A stretch of DNA of 42,966 bases from Opitutaceae bacterium. GTDB taxonomy: Bacteria > Verrucomicrobiota > Verrucomicrobiia > Opitutales > Opitutaceae. The translations under genes and the position numbers were made by a program. Below are positions 19,295-34,692 of the stretch, piece after piece (within the stretch, counting starts at the first letter, position 1; each line of letters opens with the position of its first letter). The DNA lies in NCBI GenBank assembly GCA_025457685.1, contig JALOTV010000031.1:1-42966 (forward strand), written 5' to 3'. The notes under the pieces are model-generated. The model was not told the origin of the DNA. It was given only the letters and a program-made list of their open reading frames with translations, and ran no database searches.

Positions 19295-19396
19295 GAGTGG
19301 GCCGGCGGGAAGTTTCGATGGGATAATTAGCAACGCAGAGCTCCACGGTGGTGCGCAAGCGTCAATTTTGCCTGCGAAACCCGCCGGCCCAAACTC
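19295..19396. other. ~100-nt imperfect inverted repeat (rod-like hairpin), function unknown
   Basis: TGGGCCGGCGGG (19298-19309) pairs with CCCGCCGGCCCA (19380-19391); inner GTTTCG/CGAAAC and AATT/AATT pairings. Confidence 0.6.
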
Positions 19397-19547
19397 AGGC
19401 ACCCGCATTTCCGGGCGGCCCCACACCTGTATCAGTTTTTTCAATACACCGCCCCCAGTTCATCGCTCCCACATAGTCGTCGCTGAAACGATGAAACGTT
19501 TTATCTGTATCCGTTTTTCCACTACAAACACGTTGCCCAAAATCGAC

Positions 19548-19630
19548 AAAAAAACGCCCAGCCATTGAAGGCTGGGCGATAAAACCAACCGAGCTAGGCT
19601 CGAGGTTGGCTTTTTGGCGGGAGGGAACGC
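19548..19630 (-). ncRNA. Candidate small RNA (two hairpins, U7 terminator)
   Basis: Minus strand: TTCCCTCCC, hairpin AAAAGCCAACC..GGTTGGTTTT, then CGCCCAGCC-ttcaat-GGCTGGGCG-TTTTTTT. Weak upstream promoter TTGCGA-N17-GTTACT. Confidence 0.4.
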
Positions 19631-19726
19631 GAGTAACACTGAAGTCCATTGGTCTCGCAAGGTTTTTCTTCGGCCTTCTCCAGGCCCTGCGCGAAAGTGC
19701 CTTAGCCTATTCTTGGTGCCGGACAC

Positions 19727-19757
19727 AAAAAAGCCGCTCGGCGTTATGCCGAGCGGC
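19727..19757 (-). terminator. Rho-independent terminator of rpoBC
   Basis: GCCGCTCGGC-ataac-GCCGAGCGGC followed by TTTTTT, just after the rpoC stop. Confidence 0.9.
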
Positions 19758-19785
19758 GCAAACCCTCGAGGGCTGTCGAAACTAA

Positions 19786-23919
<4,134 letters not shown>

Positions 23920-23942
23920 GTGGGTTCCCTAGTAGATAAGAT

Positions 23943-27779
<3,837 letters not shown>

Positions 27780-27911
27780 GGAGATATCCGGTTGGGAGGG
27801 ATGAAAAAATGCGGGGGGCGGCGCGCGGCAAAAGGGCCGGCACAACCATCAAACCAACGCCGGGCTCGAGGCCTCGGCGGACGCGAAAAAGAACGAGTGA
27901 AGTGAAAAGGC

Positions 27912-27944
27912 AAAAGACAGGCCGCGCGAACGCACGGCCTGTCT
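27912..27944 (-). terminator. rplL-rpoB terminator/attenuator
   Basis: AGACAGGCCG(TGCG)..(CGCG)CGGCCTGTCT followed by TTT on the minus strand, after rplL. Confidence 0.75.
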
Positions 27945-27984
27945 CGTGGAAAAAGATGCGTGAGACGCGTTGATACCCAAGTGA

Positions 27985-28368
<384 letters not shown>

Positions 28369-28381
28369 GGTATGATCTCCT

Positions 28382-28441
28382 GCGGCAAACTAGCGGTCGC
28401 GGATGCGGCACGTTTAAGGGACGTATCCCCTAGCTTGTCGC
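28382..28441 (-). promoter_or_regulatory. Structured leader directly upstream of rplL (L10-leader-like candidate)
   Basis: GCGACAAGCTAG/CTAGTTTGCCGC stem enclosing GGGA-TACG-TCCC and TTAA; abuts the AGGAG Shine-Dalgarno. Confidence 0.55.
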
Positions 28442-28497
28442 GGTTGGATTGGTTTTCCCGCGAGGCCGGGGTTTAGGCGGCCAAGCGGAGAAAGGGA

Positions 28498-28986
28498 TTA
28501 GGCAGCGGGCTGCTCCTTTTTGACTTTGGCATCGAGGACGCGCACGAAGGCGGCCGCGTTGCTGGTGAGGAGGCCGAGGAACTGGGCGCGAAGGGCGTCG
28601 AAGGGAGGCAGATCGGCGATGGCGGCGAGGTCTTTGGCGGAGACGACCTTCTTATCGAGGACGCCGACCTTGACTTCGAGCTTCTGCTTCTCGTCGAAGA
28701 ACTTCTTCAGGACCTTGGCGACTCCGGCCGGATTCTTGCCGCCAACGATGATGGCGGTGGGACCGGAGAGGACATCGTCCACCTCGGGCAGGCCGAAGGC
28801 CTTGGCCGCGACGCGGAAGGAGCTGTTCTTCACCACGTGAAACTCGGCCTTTTCGGCGGCGAGACGCGAGCGGAGCTCGGCGGTGTCGGCGACGGTGACC
28901 TTGGTGAAGTTGGCGAGGATGACGTATTCCGACTTCTGGAGGTGACCCTCGACTTCGGAGATGAGATATTTCTTTTCGGCGCGCAT
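28498..28986 (-). CDS. rplJ: 50S ribosomal protein L10
   Basis: FHVVKNS, LSGPTA, IADLP; lies between rplA and rplL. Confidence 0.98.
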   Translation of the reverse strand: MRAEKKYLISEVEGHLQKSEYVILANFTKVTVADTAELRSRLAAEKAEFHVVKNSSFRVAAKAFGLPEVDDVLSGPTAIIVGGKNPAGVAKVLKKFFDEKQKLEVKVGVLDKKVVSAKDLAAIADLPPFDALRAQFLGLLTSNAAAFVRVLDAKVKKEQPAA

Positions 28987-29002
28987 GGTAGGAGGCTCCG
29001 GG

Positions 29003-29698
29003 TTAGGCTTTGCTGAACTCGGAGGAGGCCAGCTGCACGCCGGGGCTCATCGAGGACGACAGGGTGACGGACTTGATGTAAACGCCCTTGAAAGAGGCGG
29101 GTTTGGCCTTGGCGACGGCGTCGATGACGGCGGCGGCGTTTTCAGCGATGGCGGCAGGGGTGAAGGAACGCTTGCCGACGCCAACACCAATGTTGGCGGC
29201 TTTATCCATCTTGAACTCCACGCGACCGGCCTTGACGGCCTTGATCGCACCGACGACATCGTCGGAAACGGTGCCAGCTTTCGGGTTGGGCATGAGGCCC
29301 TTGGGACCGAGCACGCGGGCAAGGGTGCGGACCTGCTTCATAGCTTCGGTGGTCGCGATGGCGACGTCGAAGTCGAGCCAGCCCTCGGTAACCTTGGCCA
29401 TCATATCCTGGAGACCGGCATGATCGGCACCGGCCTTGATGGCGGCTTCCGGATTGTCGGTGAAGACGAGGACGCGGACCTTCTTACCCGAACCGTTAGG
29501 GAGAGGCGTGGTGCCACGAACCATCTGATCGCCTTGGGTCGGATCGACCCCAAGACGAAAGGAAAGCTCGACGGTCTCGTCGAATTTGGCGGCGGGGAAT
29601 TTGGCAAGAGCGTCCACGGCCTCGGCGAGGGTGTAGCTCTTGGACAAGTCGGCGGCCTTGACGGCGGCCCGGTAGCGTTTGCTGGGTTGTTTTGGCAT
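29003..29698 (-). CDS. rplA: 50S ribosomal protein L1
   Basis: KFDETVE, LGVDP, LGPKGLMPNPKAGTV. Confidence 0.99.
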   Translation of the reverse strand: MPKQPSKRYRAAVKAADLSKSYTLAEAVDALAKFPAAKFDETVELSFRLGVDPTQGDQMVRGTTPLPNGSGKKVRVLVFTDNPEAAIKAGADHAGLQDMMAKVTEGWLDFDVAIATTEAMKQVRTLARVLGPKGLMPNPKAGTVSDDVVGAIKAVKAGRVEFKMDKAANIGVGVGKRSFTPAAIAENAAAVIDAVAKAKPASFKGVYIKSVTLSSSMSPGVQLASSEFSKA

Positions 29699-29710
29699 TT
29701 GGGACTCCTA

Positions 29711-29741
29711 GCGGTTCATACGACCTTGAGAGGTCTCCCGC
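29711..29741 (-). promoter_or_regulatory. L1-binding autoregulatory site upstream of rplA
   Basis: GCGG-GAG-ACCT-ctca-AGGT-CGTATGAA-CCGC has the GGGAG...AACC internal-loop layout of L1 mRNA sites and lies next to the rplA ribosome-binding site. Confidence 0.7.
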
Positions 29742-29771
29742 GGTTGGGTGGTCTGTAGTTTCGGACGAAAA

Positions 29772-30197
29772 TTAATCGACGACTTCGATGCCCATGTTGC
29801 GGGCGGTGCCGGCGATGATCTTGATACCGGCCGCCTCATCCTTGGCGTTCATGTCGGCCTTCTTGAGTTTCCAGATTTCGGCGAGCTGCTTGGTGGTCAC
29901 CTTGCCGACCTTGTCCATGTTGGGCTTGGCGGAACCGGAGGCGATGTTGGCGGCCTTCTTGAGGAGCACCGAAGCAGGCGGGCTCTTGAGGATGAAGGTG
30001 AAAGACTTGTCCGAATAAACCGTGATCACCACGGGCAGAATCATGCCGTTCTGATCTTTGGTTTTGGCGTTAAATTCTTTGCAGAACGCCATGATGTTGA
30101 CGCCTTGGGCGCCGAGCGCGGGACCGACGGGGGGCGCGGGATTGGCGGCGCCGGCGGGCAGTTGGAGACGGATGTAGCCTTGGATTTTCTTGGCCAT
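29772..30197 (-). CDS. rplK: 50S ribosomal protein L11
   Basis: [24 protein letters not shown]. Confidence 0.99.
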   Translation of the reverse strand: MAKKIQGYIRLQLPAGAANPAPPVGPALGAQGVNIMAFCKEFNAKTKDQNGMILPVVITVYSDKSFTFILKSPPASVLLKKAANIASGSAKPNMDKVGKVTTKQLAEIWKLKKADMNAKDEAAGIKIIAGTARNMGIEVVD

Positions 30198-30273
30198 GAT
30201 AAGAACAGGTTGGCGGGTGGTTTAGTTGACGGGTTCTTTGCTGAACGTCGGCGGTGTCAAAGAGGGCGTCGCG

Positions 30274-30852
30274 TCACTCAGTGGCGCGTTGCACCTGCCA
30301 GTATTCGAGCTCGACCGGAGTGAACCGGCCGAAAATGGAGACGGATATCTTCAGCTTGCCGCGCTCGGGATCGACCTCGTCGATACGGCCGGTCAGGTTA
30401 GCGAAGGCTCCGTCGGTGACCTTCACTTCTTCGCCCACATCAAACGTGACCTTGGGCACTTCTTTGCCAGCAGCGGCTTCAACGCGCGCCTTGATTTCGT
30501 CGATCTCGGACTGACGCAGGGCAGCAGGGCGATCCCCGCCGACAAAGCCAATGACTCCAGCTACCTCCTTGACGAAATACCAAGGTTTATTGATCACGCG
30601 TTTCTCTTCGTCATACATCTTCATGTGAATGAAGACGTAGCCAGGATAGAGATTACGAACCTTCGTGGTCTTCTTGCCGTTTTTGACTTCGGAAGCGACC
30701 TCGGTGGGCAGTAGCACCTCGAAAATATACTCGTCCAACTCCTCCTGGGTTTTGAACTTTTCGATGTAGGTCTTCACCTTCTTTTCCTGTGCGGAAAGAG
30801 TGTGAAGAGCGAACCACTGTGCGCCGGCGGGCGCTGACGTTGGAGTCGACAT
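30274..30852 (-). CDS. nusG: Transcription termination/antitermination factor NusG
   Basis: WFALHT, YPGYVFI, GVIGFVG, KOW VKVTDGAFANLTG, IFGRFTPVEL; start at ATG 30852. Confidence 0.98.
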   Translation of the reverse strand: MSTPTSAPAGAQWFALHTLSAQEKKVKTYIEKFKTQEELDEYIFEVLLPTEVASEVKNGKKTTKVRNLYPGYVFIHMKMYDEEKRVINKPWYFVKEVAGVIGFVGGDRPAALRQSEIDEIKARVEAAAGKEVPKVTFDVGEEVKVTDGAFANLTGRIDEVDPERGKLKISVSIFGRFTPVELEYWQVQRATE

Positions 30853-30872
30853 GGGTGCGGCGGAGACAGGGT

Positions 30873-31076
30873 TTAGCGGACCCAGGAAGTAAAGAGGTCG
30901 ACGACTTGATACAGGGAAAAGTCGGCGACGCTGGTGAACAACCCAAGCAACACGCAAGCGATGATGACCACGATGGTCGAATCGCGCAGTTCGGTCCAAG
31001 TAGGCCACGAAGCTTTTTTAAGCTCGTCGACCATCTCGCCGAAGAAAATGCGGGTGCTGCGGAACGGGTTTTTCAT
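30873..31076 (-). CDS. secE: Preprotein translocase SecE
   Basis: ELKKASWPT plus one TM segment; between tRNA-Trp and nusG. Confidence 0.96.
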   Translation of the reverse strand: MKNPFRSTRIFFGEMVDELKKASWPTWTELRDSTIVVIIACVLLGLFTSVADFSLYQVVDLFTSWVR

Positions 31077-31086
31077 CTAGAGAAAG

Positions 31087-31162
31087 TGGCAGGCGCGGAG
31101 GGAATCGAACCCCCAACCAACGGTTTTGGAGACCGCTACTCTACCAATTGAGCTACACGCCT
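31087..31162 (-). tRNA. tRNA-Trp (CCA)
   Basis: AGGCGTGTAGCTCAATTGGTAGAG...CTCCAAA...GGTTCGATTCC...CTGCCA; 76 nt, CCA encoded. Confidence 0.98.
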
Positions 31163-31176
31163 GTGGAAAAATACTT

Positions 31177-31221
31177 TTAGACGACGCAGCCGAGGCTCGG
31201 TAAAGAGCCTCGGCGGTCTAA
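31177..31221 (-). terminator. Hairpin after tuf (terminator or processing site)
   Basis: GCCGAGGCTC/GAGCCTCGGC 10-bp stem extended by TTAGAC/GTCTAA; U-tract not directly adjacent. Confidence 0.5.
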
Positions 31222-31242
31222 GGGAATCAAATTATCCTCAGA

Positions 31243-32433
31243 TTACTCGATGATGTCGGTGATGCGACCGGCACCGATGGTGCGACCGCCTTCGCGAATG
31301 GCGAAGCGCTGGGTCTTCTCCATGGCGATGGGAACGATCAGGTCGATTTCAACCGCGATGTTGTCACCAGGCATGATCATTTCCACGCCGGCAGGCAGGT
31401 TGACAACGCCAGTAACGTCGGTGGTGCGGAAGTAGAACTGGGGACGATAGCCGTTGAAGAACGGGGTGTGACGGCCGCCCTCTTCCTTGGAGAGAACGTA
31501 GATCTCAGCCTTGGCCTTCTTGTGCGGGGTGATGGACTTCTTGGCGGCCAGAACTTGGCCACGCTCGATGCCATCCTTGTCGATACCGCGCAGGAGGATA
31601 CCGACGTTGTCGCCAGCCTGACCTTGGTCGAGGAGCTTGCGGAACATTTCGATACCGGTGACGACAGTCTCCTTGGTGTCCTTCAGGCCGACGATTTCGA
31701 CGGCATCGTTCACCTTGATGATGCCGCGCTCGATACGACCGGTGGCTACGGTGCCACGGCCAGTGATCGAGAACACGTCTTCAACGGACATGAGGAAGGG
31801 CTTGTCAGTCTCGCGAGCGGGCTCGGGGATATCGGTGTCGATCGCGGTCATCAGCGCGGTGATGGCGGCTTCGCCCTCGGGCTTGCCGTCAAGAGCGGCG
31901 GTAGCAGAACCACGCACGATGGTCGCATTGTCGCCATCGAACTGATACTTGGAGAGGAGCTCGCGGATTTCCATCTCGACGAGATCGAGCAGCTCGGGGT
32001 CGTCGATAAGGTCAACCTTGTTGAGCCAAACAACGATCTTCGGCACGCCAACCTGACGGGCGAGGAGGATGTGCTCGCGGGTCTGGGGCATCGGACCGTC
32101 GGCGGCGGAGACCACGAGGATCGCGCCGTCCATCTGGGCGGCACCGGTGATCATGTTCTTCACGAAGTCAGCGTGGCCGGGGCAGTCAACGTGCGCGTAG
32201 TGGCGCTTGTCGGACTCATACTCCACGTGAGCGACGGAAATGGTGACGATCTTCGAGGCGTCACGCACGGTGCCACCCTTCGCGATGTCGGCGTAGGTCT
32301 TGACCTCGGCCAGGCCCTTGCGCGCTTGAACGGCGAGGATGGCGGTGGTGGTGGTGGTCTTGCCGTGGTCGACGTGGCCGATAGTGCCGACGTTGACGTG
32401 GGGTTTCTTGCGCTCGAATGTGCCTTTAGCCAT
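31243..32433 (-). CDS. tuf: Elongation factor Tu
   Basis: [35 protein letters not shown]. Confidence 0.99.
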   Translation of the reverse strand: MAKGTFERKKPHVNVGTIGHVDHGKTTTTTAILAVQARKGLAEVKTYADIAKGGTVRDASKIVTISVAHVEYESDKRHYAHVDCPGHADFVKNMITGAAQMDGAILVVSAADGPMPQTREHILLARQVGVPKIVVWLNKVDLIDDPELLDLVEMEIRELLSKYQFDGDNATIVRGSATAALDGKPEGEAAITALMTAIDTDIPEPARETDKPFLMSVEDVFSITGRGTVATGRIERGIIKVNDAVEIVGLKDTKETVVTGIEMFRKLLDQGQAGDNVGILLRGIDKDGIERGQVLAAKKSITPHKKAKAEIYVLSKEEGGRHTPFFNGYRPQFYFRTTDVTGVVNLPAGVEMIMPGDNIAVEIDLIVPIAMEKTQRFAIREGGRTIGAGRITDIIE

Positions 32434-32485
32434 GGGAGTTGTGGACGGTTGTGTGTGTGGATTAGGAAAATCCGTTTTTTTGACC

Positions 32486-32561
32486 TGGAGCCCAGAAACA
32501 GATTCGAACTGTCGACCTCGCCCTTACCAAGGGCGTGCTCTACCAACTGAGCTATCTGGGC
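32486..32561 (-). tRNA. tRNA-Thr (GGT)
   Basis: GCCCAGATAGCTCAGTTGGTAGAG...TTGGTAA...AGTTCGAATCT...GGGCTCCA; 76 nt. Confidence 0.98.
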
Positions 32562-32596
32562 AAACCGGAAAGGGTCAAAAAACGAAAAGGGCGCTA

Positions 32597-32625
32597 AAAC
32601 TCTGACTTCAACACACACCCGTCAA
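32597..32625 (-). promoter_or_regulatory. Putative promoter of tRNA-Thr-tuf
   Basis: TTGACG-N17-GAGTTT about 35 nt upstream of the tRNA; the -10 box is weak. Confidence 0.4.
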
Positions 32626-32666
32626 CAGCAATTTTGGGGAACCGCTAAGTTTCTCAAAAGCACCGG

Positions 32667-33422
32667 CTACGGCCCCACTTCCAAGCGATACAAACCCGGT
32701 CGGAGGAGCAGTGTCGGTAACAGTTCGGAGACGACAATCGAGCGAATTCTTTCATCAACGTCATCAACGCCGGACCCGCGAACCAACACGGGGGAGGCAA
32801 ATGCGCCCGCATCAGAAATCAGAAGCATAAACTCCGCCGGCTGCCAAATCCCGGTCGATACCAACTCTCGGTCGCCAATCTGGTATGACCGCATTCTTTC
32901 GCTTTCACCCGCCACATATATGTCCACCTGCGCACCGCGCACAGGCTTTGCCACCTCGGGCGGTAAATCGGCGATTCGGGCCAAGCCTTCAAACCAGCGC
33001 GCAGACGCCATGGCTTGGGCAGTGGAGACTGCCGAAACAGCTTCCGCCGGCCTGAAGAAGCGGCCGGCCGGAGCCGTATCGGGGTAGCGAAACGCGGGAG
33101 GGAAATTTTGCGCCGCAACGCTCGGCTTTGCGCTCGAGGCGTCACCGCCGCCCGAGTCCGCCCAAGCCGGAAAAAAAAGCGGGCTCGGATCGAATAAAAC
33201 AAGACGCTCCCGCACGTCACCATCCGCAGGCAGCTGATCCATGGAAACCACCTCCCAGGCCGGAGCGTGCTGCCCTGCATAATCCGTTACCGTCCCCGGC
33301 TCGGTCGAGGGAATCCCTACCCTGTCTGCTATCCATACGAGAGCCAGCCACGCAATGATGGTCGCGATGGCAAACGTCGGCCTGCCAAGAGTCGAAGGTT
33401 TGTGCGTTTTGGCCTCGTTCAT
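32667..33422 (-). CDS. Single-TM protein with TonB/TolA-like C-terminal domain
   Basis: ATG 33422 follows the exbD stop. One TM (FAIATIIAWLALVWIA), Pro/Ala-rich linker, C-terminal ..FMLLISDAG..PVLVRGSGVDDVD resembling TonB_C. Confidence 0.55.
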   Translation of the reverse strand: MNEAKTHKPSTLGRPTFAIATIIAWLALVWIADRVGIPSTEPGTVTDYAGQHAPAWEVVSMDQLPADGDVRERLVLFDPSPLFFPAWADSGGGDASSAKPSVAAQNFPPAFRYPDTAPAGRFFRPAEAVSAVSTAQAMASARWFEGLARIADLPPEVAKPVRGAQVDIYVAGESERMRSYQIGDRELVSTGIWQPAEFMLLISDAGAFASPVLVRGSGVDDVDERIRSIVVSELLPTLLLRPGLYRLEVGP

Positions 33423-33426
33423 GCAC

Positions 33427-33930
33427 TCACCGGGTCGAAGACGACGATGCATCAGGCGCCGAGGTGGCCACCAGCACGCCGCCGAAGCCCGCCTCCGCCG
33501 CAAGCGCGTAAATCGTGGCGAGGTCACGGGCCGGCAACCCGCCAGAAGCCTGGACCAGCAGGCGTTTCTTTTGATTCGCCGAAACCGCAACCCCGCCGCC
33601 CGGACCAACATCGGACGTAACCGCGACCCCGGAGGAGGCCTGCCGCTTGAGCCAGAGGCCTAGACTGGCAAAATCCAAAACCGCGCCCTCGACGACCGCC
33701 ATATCCGGCGCGGGCACCGCGATCACCACGTCCGTGGTCCACGCGGTGGTGGCTCCCGCTCCGGCCTGGGGCAGCGAGAAGTCCACGGCCAAACCCGGTG
33801 CGAGCACGAAGCGCGACCCAAACACGAAGAAAAACACCGCCAGCGCGCCCACATTCACATAGAAAAGCGCGTCCCATCCGCGTGGGATCGGCTTTAGCCT
33901 GCTCGCGAGATCCAGAGGACGCGTGATCAC
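33427..33930 (-). CDS. ExbD/TolR-family biopolymer transporter subunit (divergent)
   Basis: N-terminal TM, PGL.V..LP linker, LLVQAS..LP..LA..AG C-domain; GTGA overlap with the exbB stop. Confidence 0.75.
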   Translation of the reverse strand: MITRPLDLASRLKPIPRGWDALFYVNVGALAVFFFVFGSRFVLAPGLAVDFSLPQAGAGATTAWTTDVVIAVPAPDMAVVEGAVLDFASLGLWLKRQASSGVAVTSDVGPGGGVAVSANQKKRLLVQASGGLPARDLATIYALAAEAGFGGVLVATSAPDASSSSTR

Positions 33931-34655
33931 CGCACGCCTCCCCCTGCCTGATCGCCGCCCGAGGCTCGCGAAGAGGTGACACCACCACCGGAGCCACCGG
34001 CCCCCGCAGCCCCCCGCTCACGCGTGGCCGCCTCCCTGTATTCAATTAACAAATACCGCATCGCCTCGTTGCCCGCCCATTCCACGTCGCGCACGATCGC
34101 GCGCACCCGCCCGTGCAAGAGGTGGTGCGCGAGGTGCGCCGGTATGGCCAAAGAGAGTGAAGCCCCCGCCGTGATCAGGGCCTGCCACATGCCGGCGGAG
34201 AGCGCCTGGGCCGTCGCGTATTGGCCGCCCTGCATAAAAGCCTGAAACGTGGTCGCCATGCCCAGGACCGTGCCCAACAGACCGACCAGGGGAGCGATGT
34301 GGGCTATCGCCGCCAGCGCCCCCACCCTTCGCTCCAGCGCGGGCAGCTCCACCACCGCCGCATCCTGCACCGCGTAGCGCATGCGCACCTCGTCGTCTTC
34401 CGCATGCAGCAGGGCCGCCTTGACCACCGCCGCCACCGGGCCAGGCGCCTCCTCGCAGATCGTCACCGCTTCCGCCATGCGACGCTGCGCGAGGACGTTC
34501 TTCACCCCGTCCAGAAACTCCGTGGAACGGATCTGCCCGCGATGCAAATAGAGCATGCGCTCGACGAAAATCGCCAGCCCCAGCGTGCCGAGCAACAACA
34601 GGACCCACATGATCGGACCACCACGGTCGAGCAGACTTAGATTAGAAGCATCCAT
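33927..34655 (-). CDS. MotA/TolQ/ExbB proton-channel family protein
   Basis: GGPIMW, IFVER, APLVGLLGTVLGM, AIPA. Confidence 0.93.
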   Translation of the reverse strand: MDASNLSLLDRGGPIMWVLLLLGTLGLAIFVERMLYLHRGQIRSTEFLDGVKNVLAQRRMAEAVTICEEAPGPVAAVVKAALLHAEDDEVRMRYAVQDAAVVELPALERRVGALAAIAHIAPLVGLLGTVLGMATTFQAFMQGGQYATAQALSAGMWQALITAGASLSLAIPAHLAHHLLHGRVRAIVRDVEWAGNEAMRYLLIEYREAATRERGAAGAGGSGGGVTSSRASGGDQAGGGVR

Positions 34656-34692
34656 TTGGACAAAAGTTAACTGGTTCGCCCGTCACAGGGCA

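Noticed and set aside
19270-19400. tRNA fragment (GGTTCGAT), SRP RNA or 6S RNA
   Set aside because: No T-stem pairing or cloverleaf, no SRP CAGG..GGAA..AGCAG motif, and no clear 6S central bubble by eye. Kept only as an unassigned hairpin.
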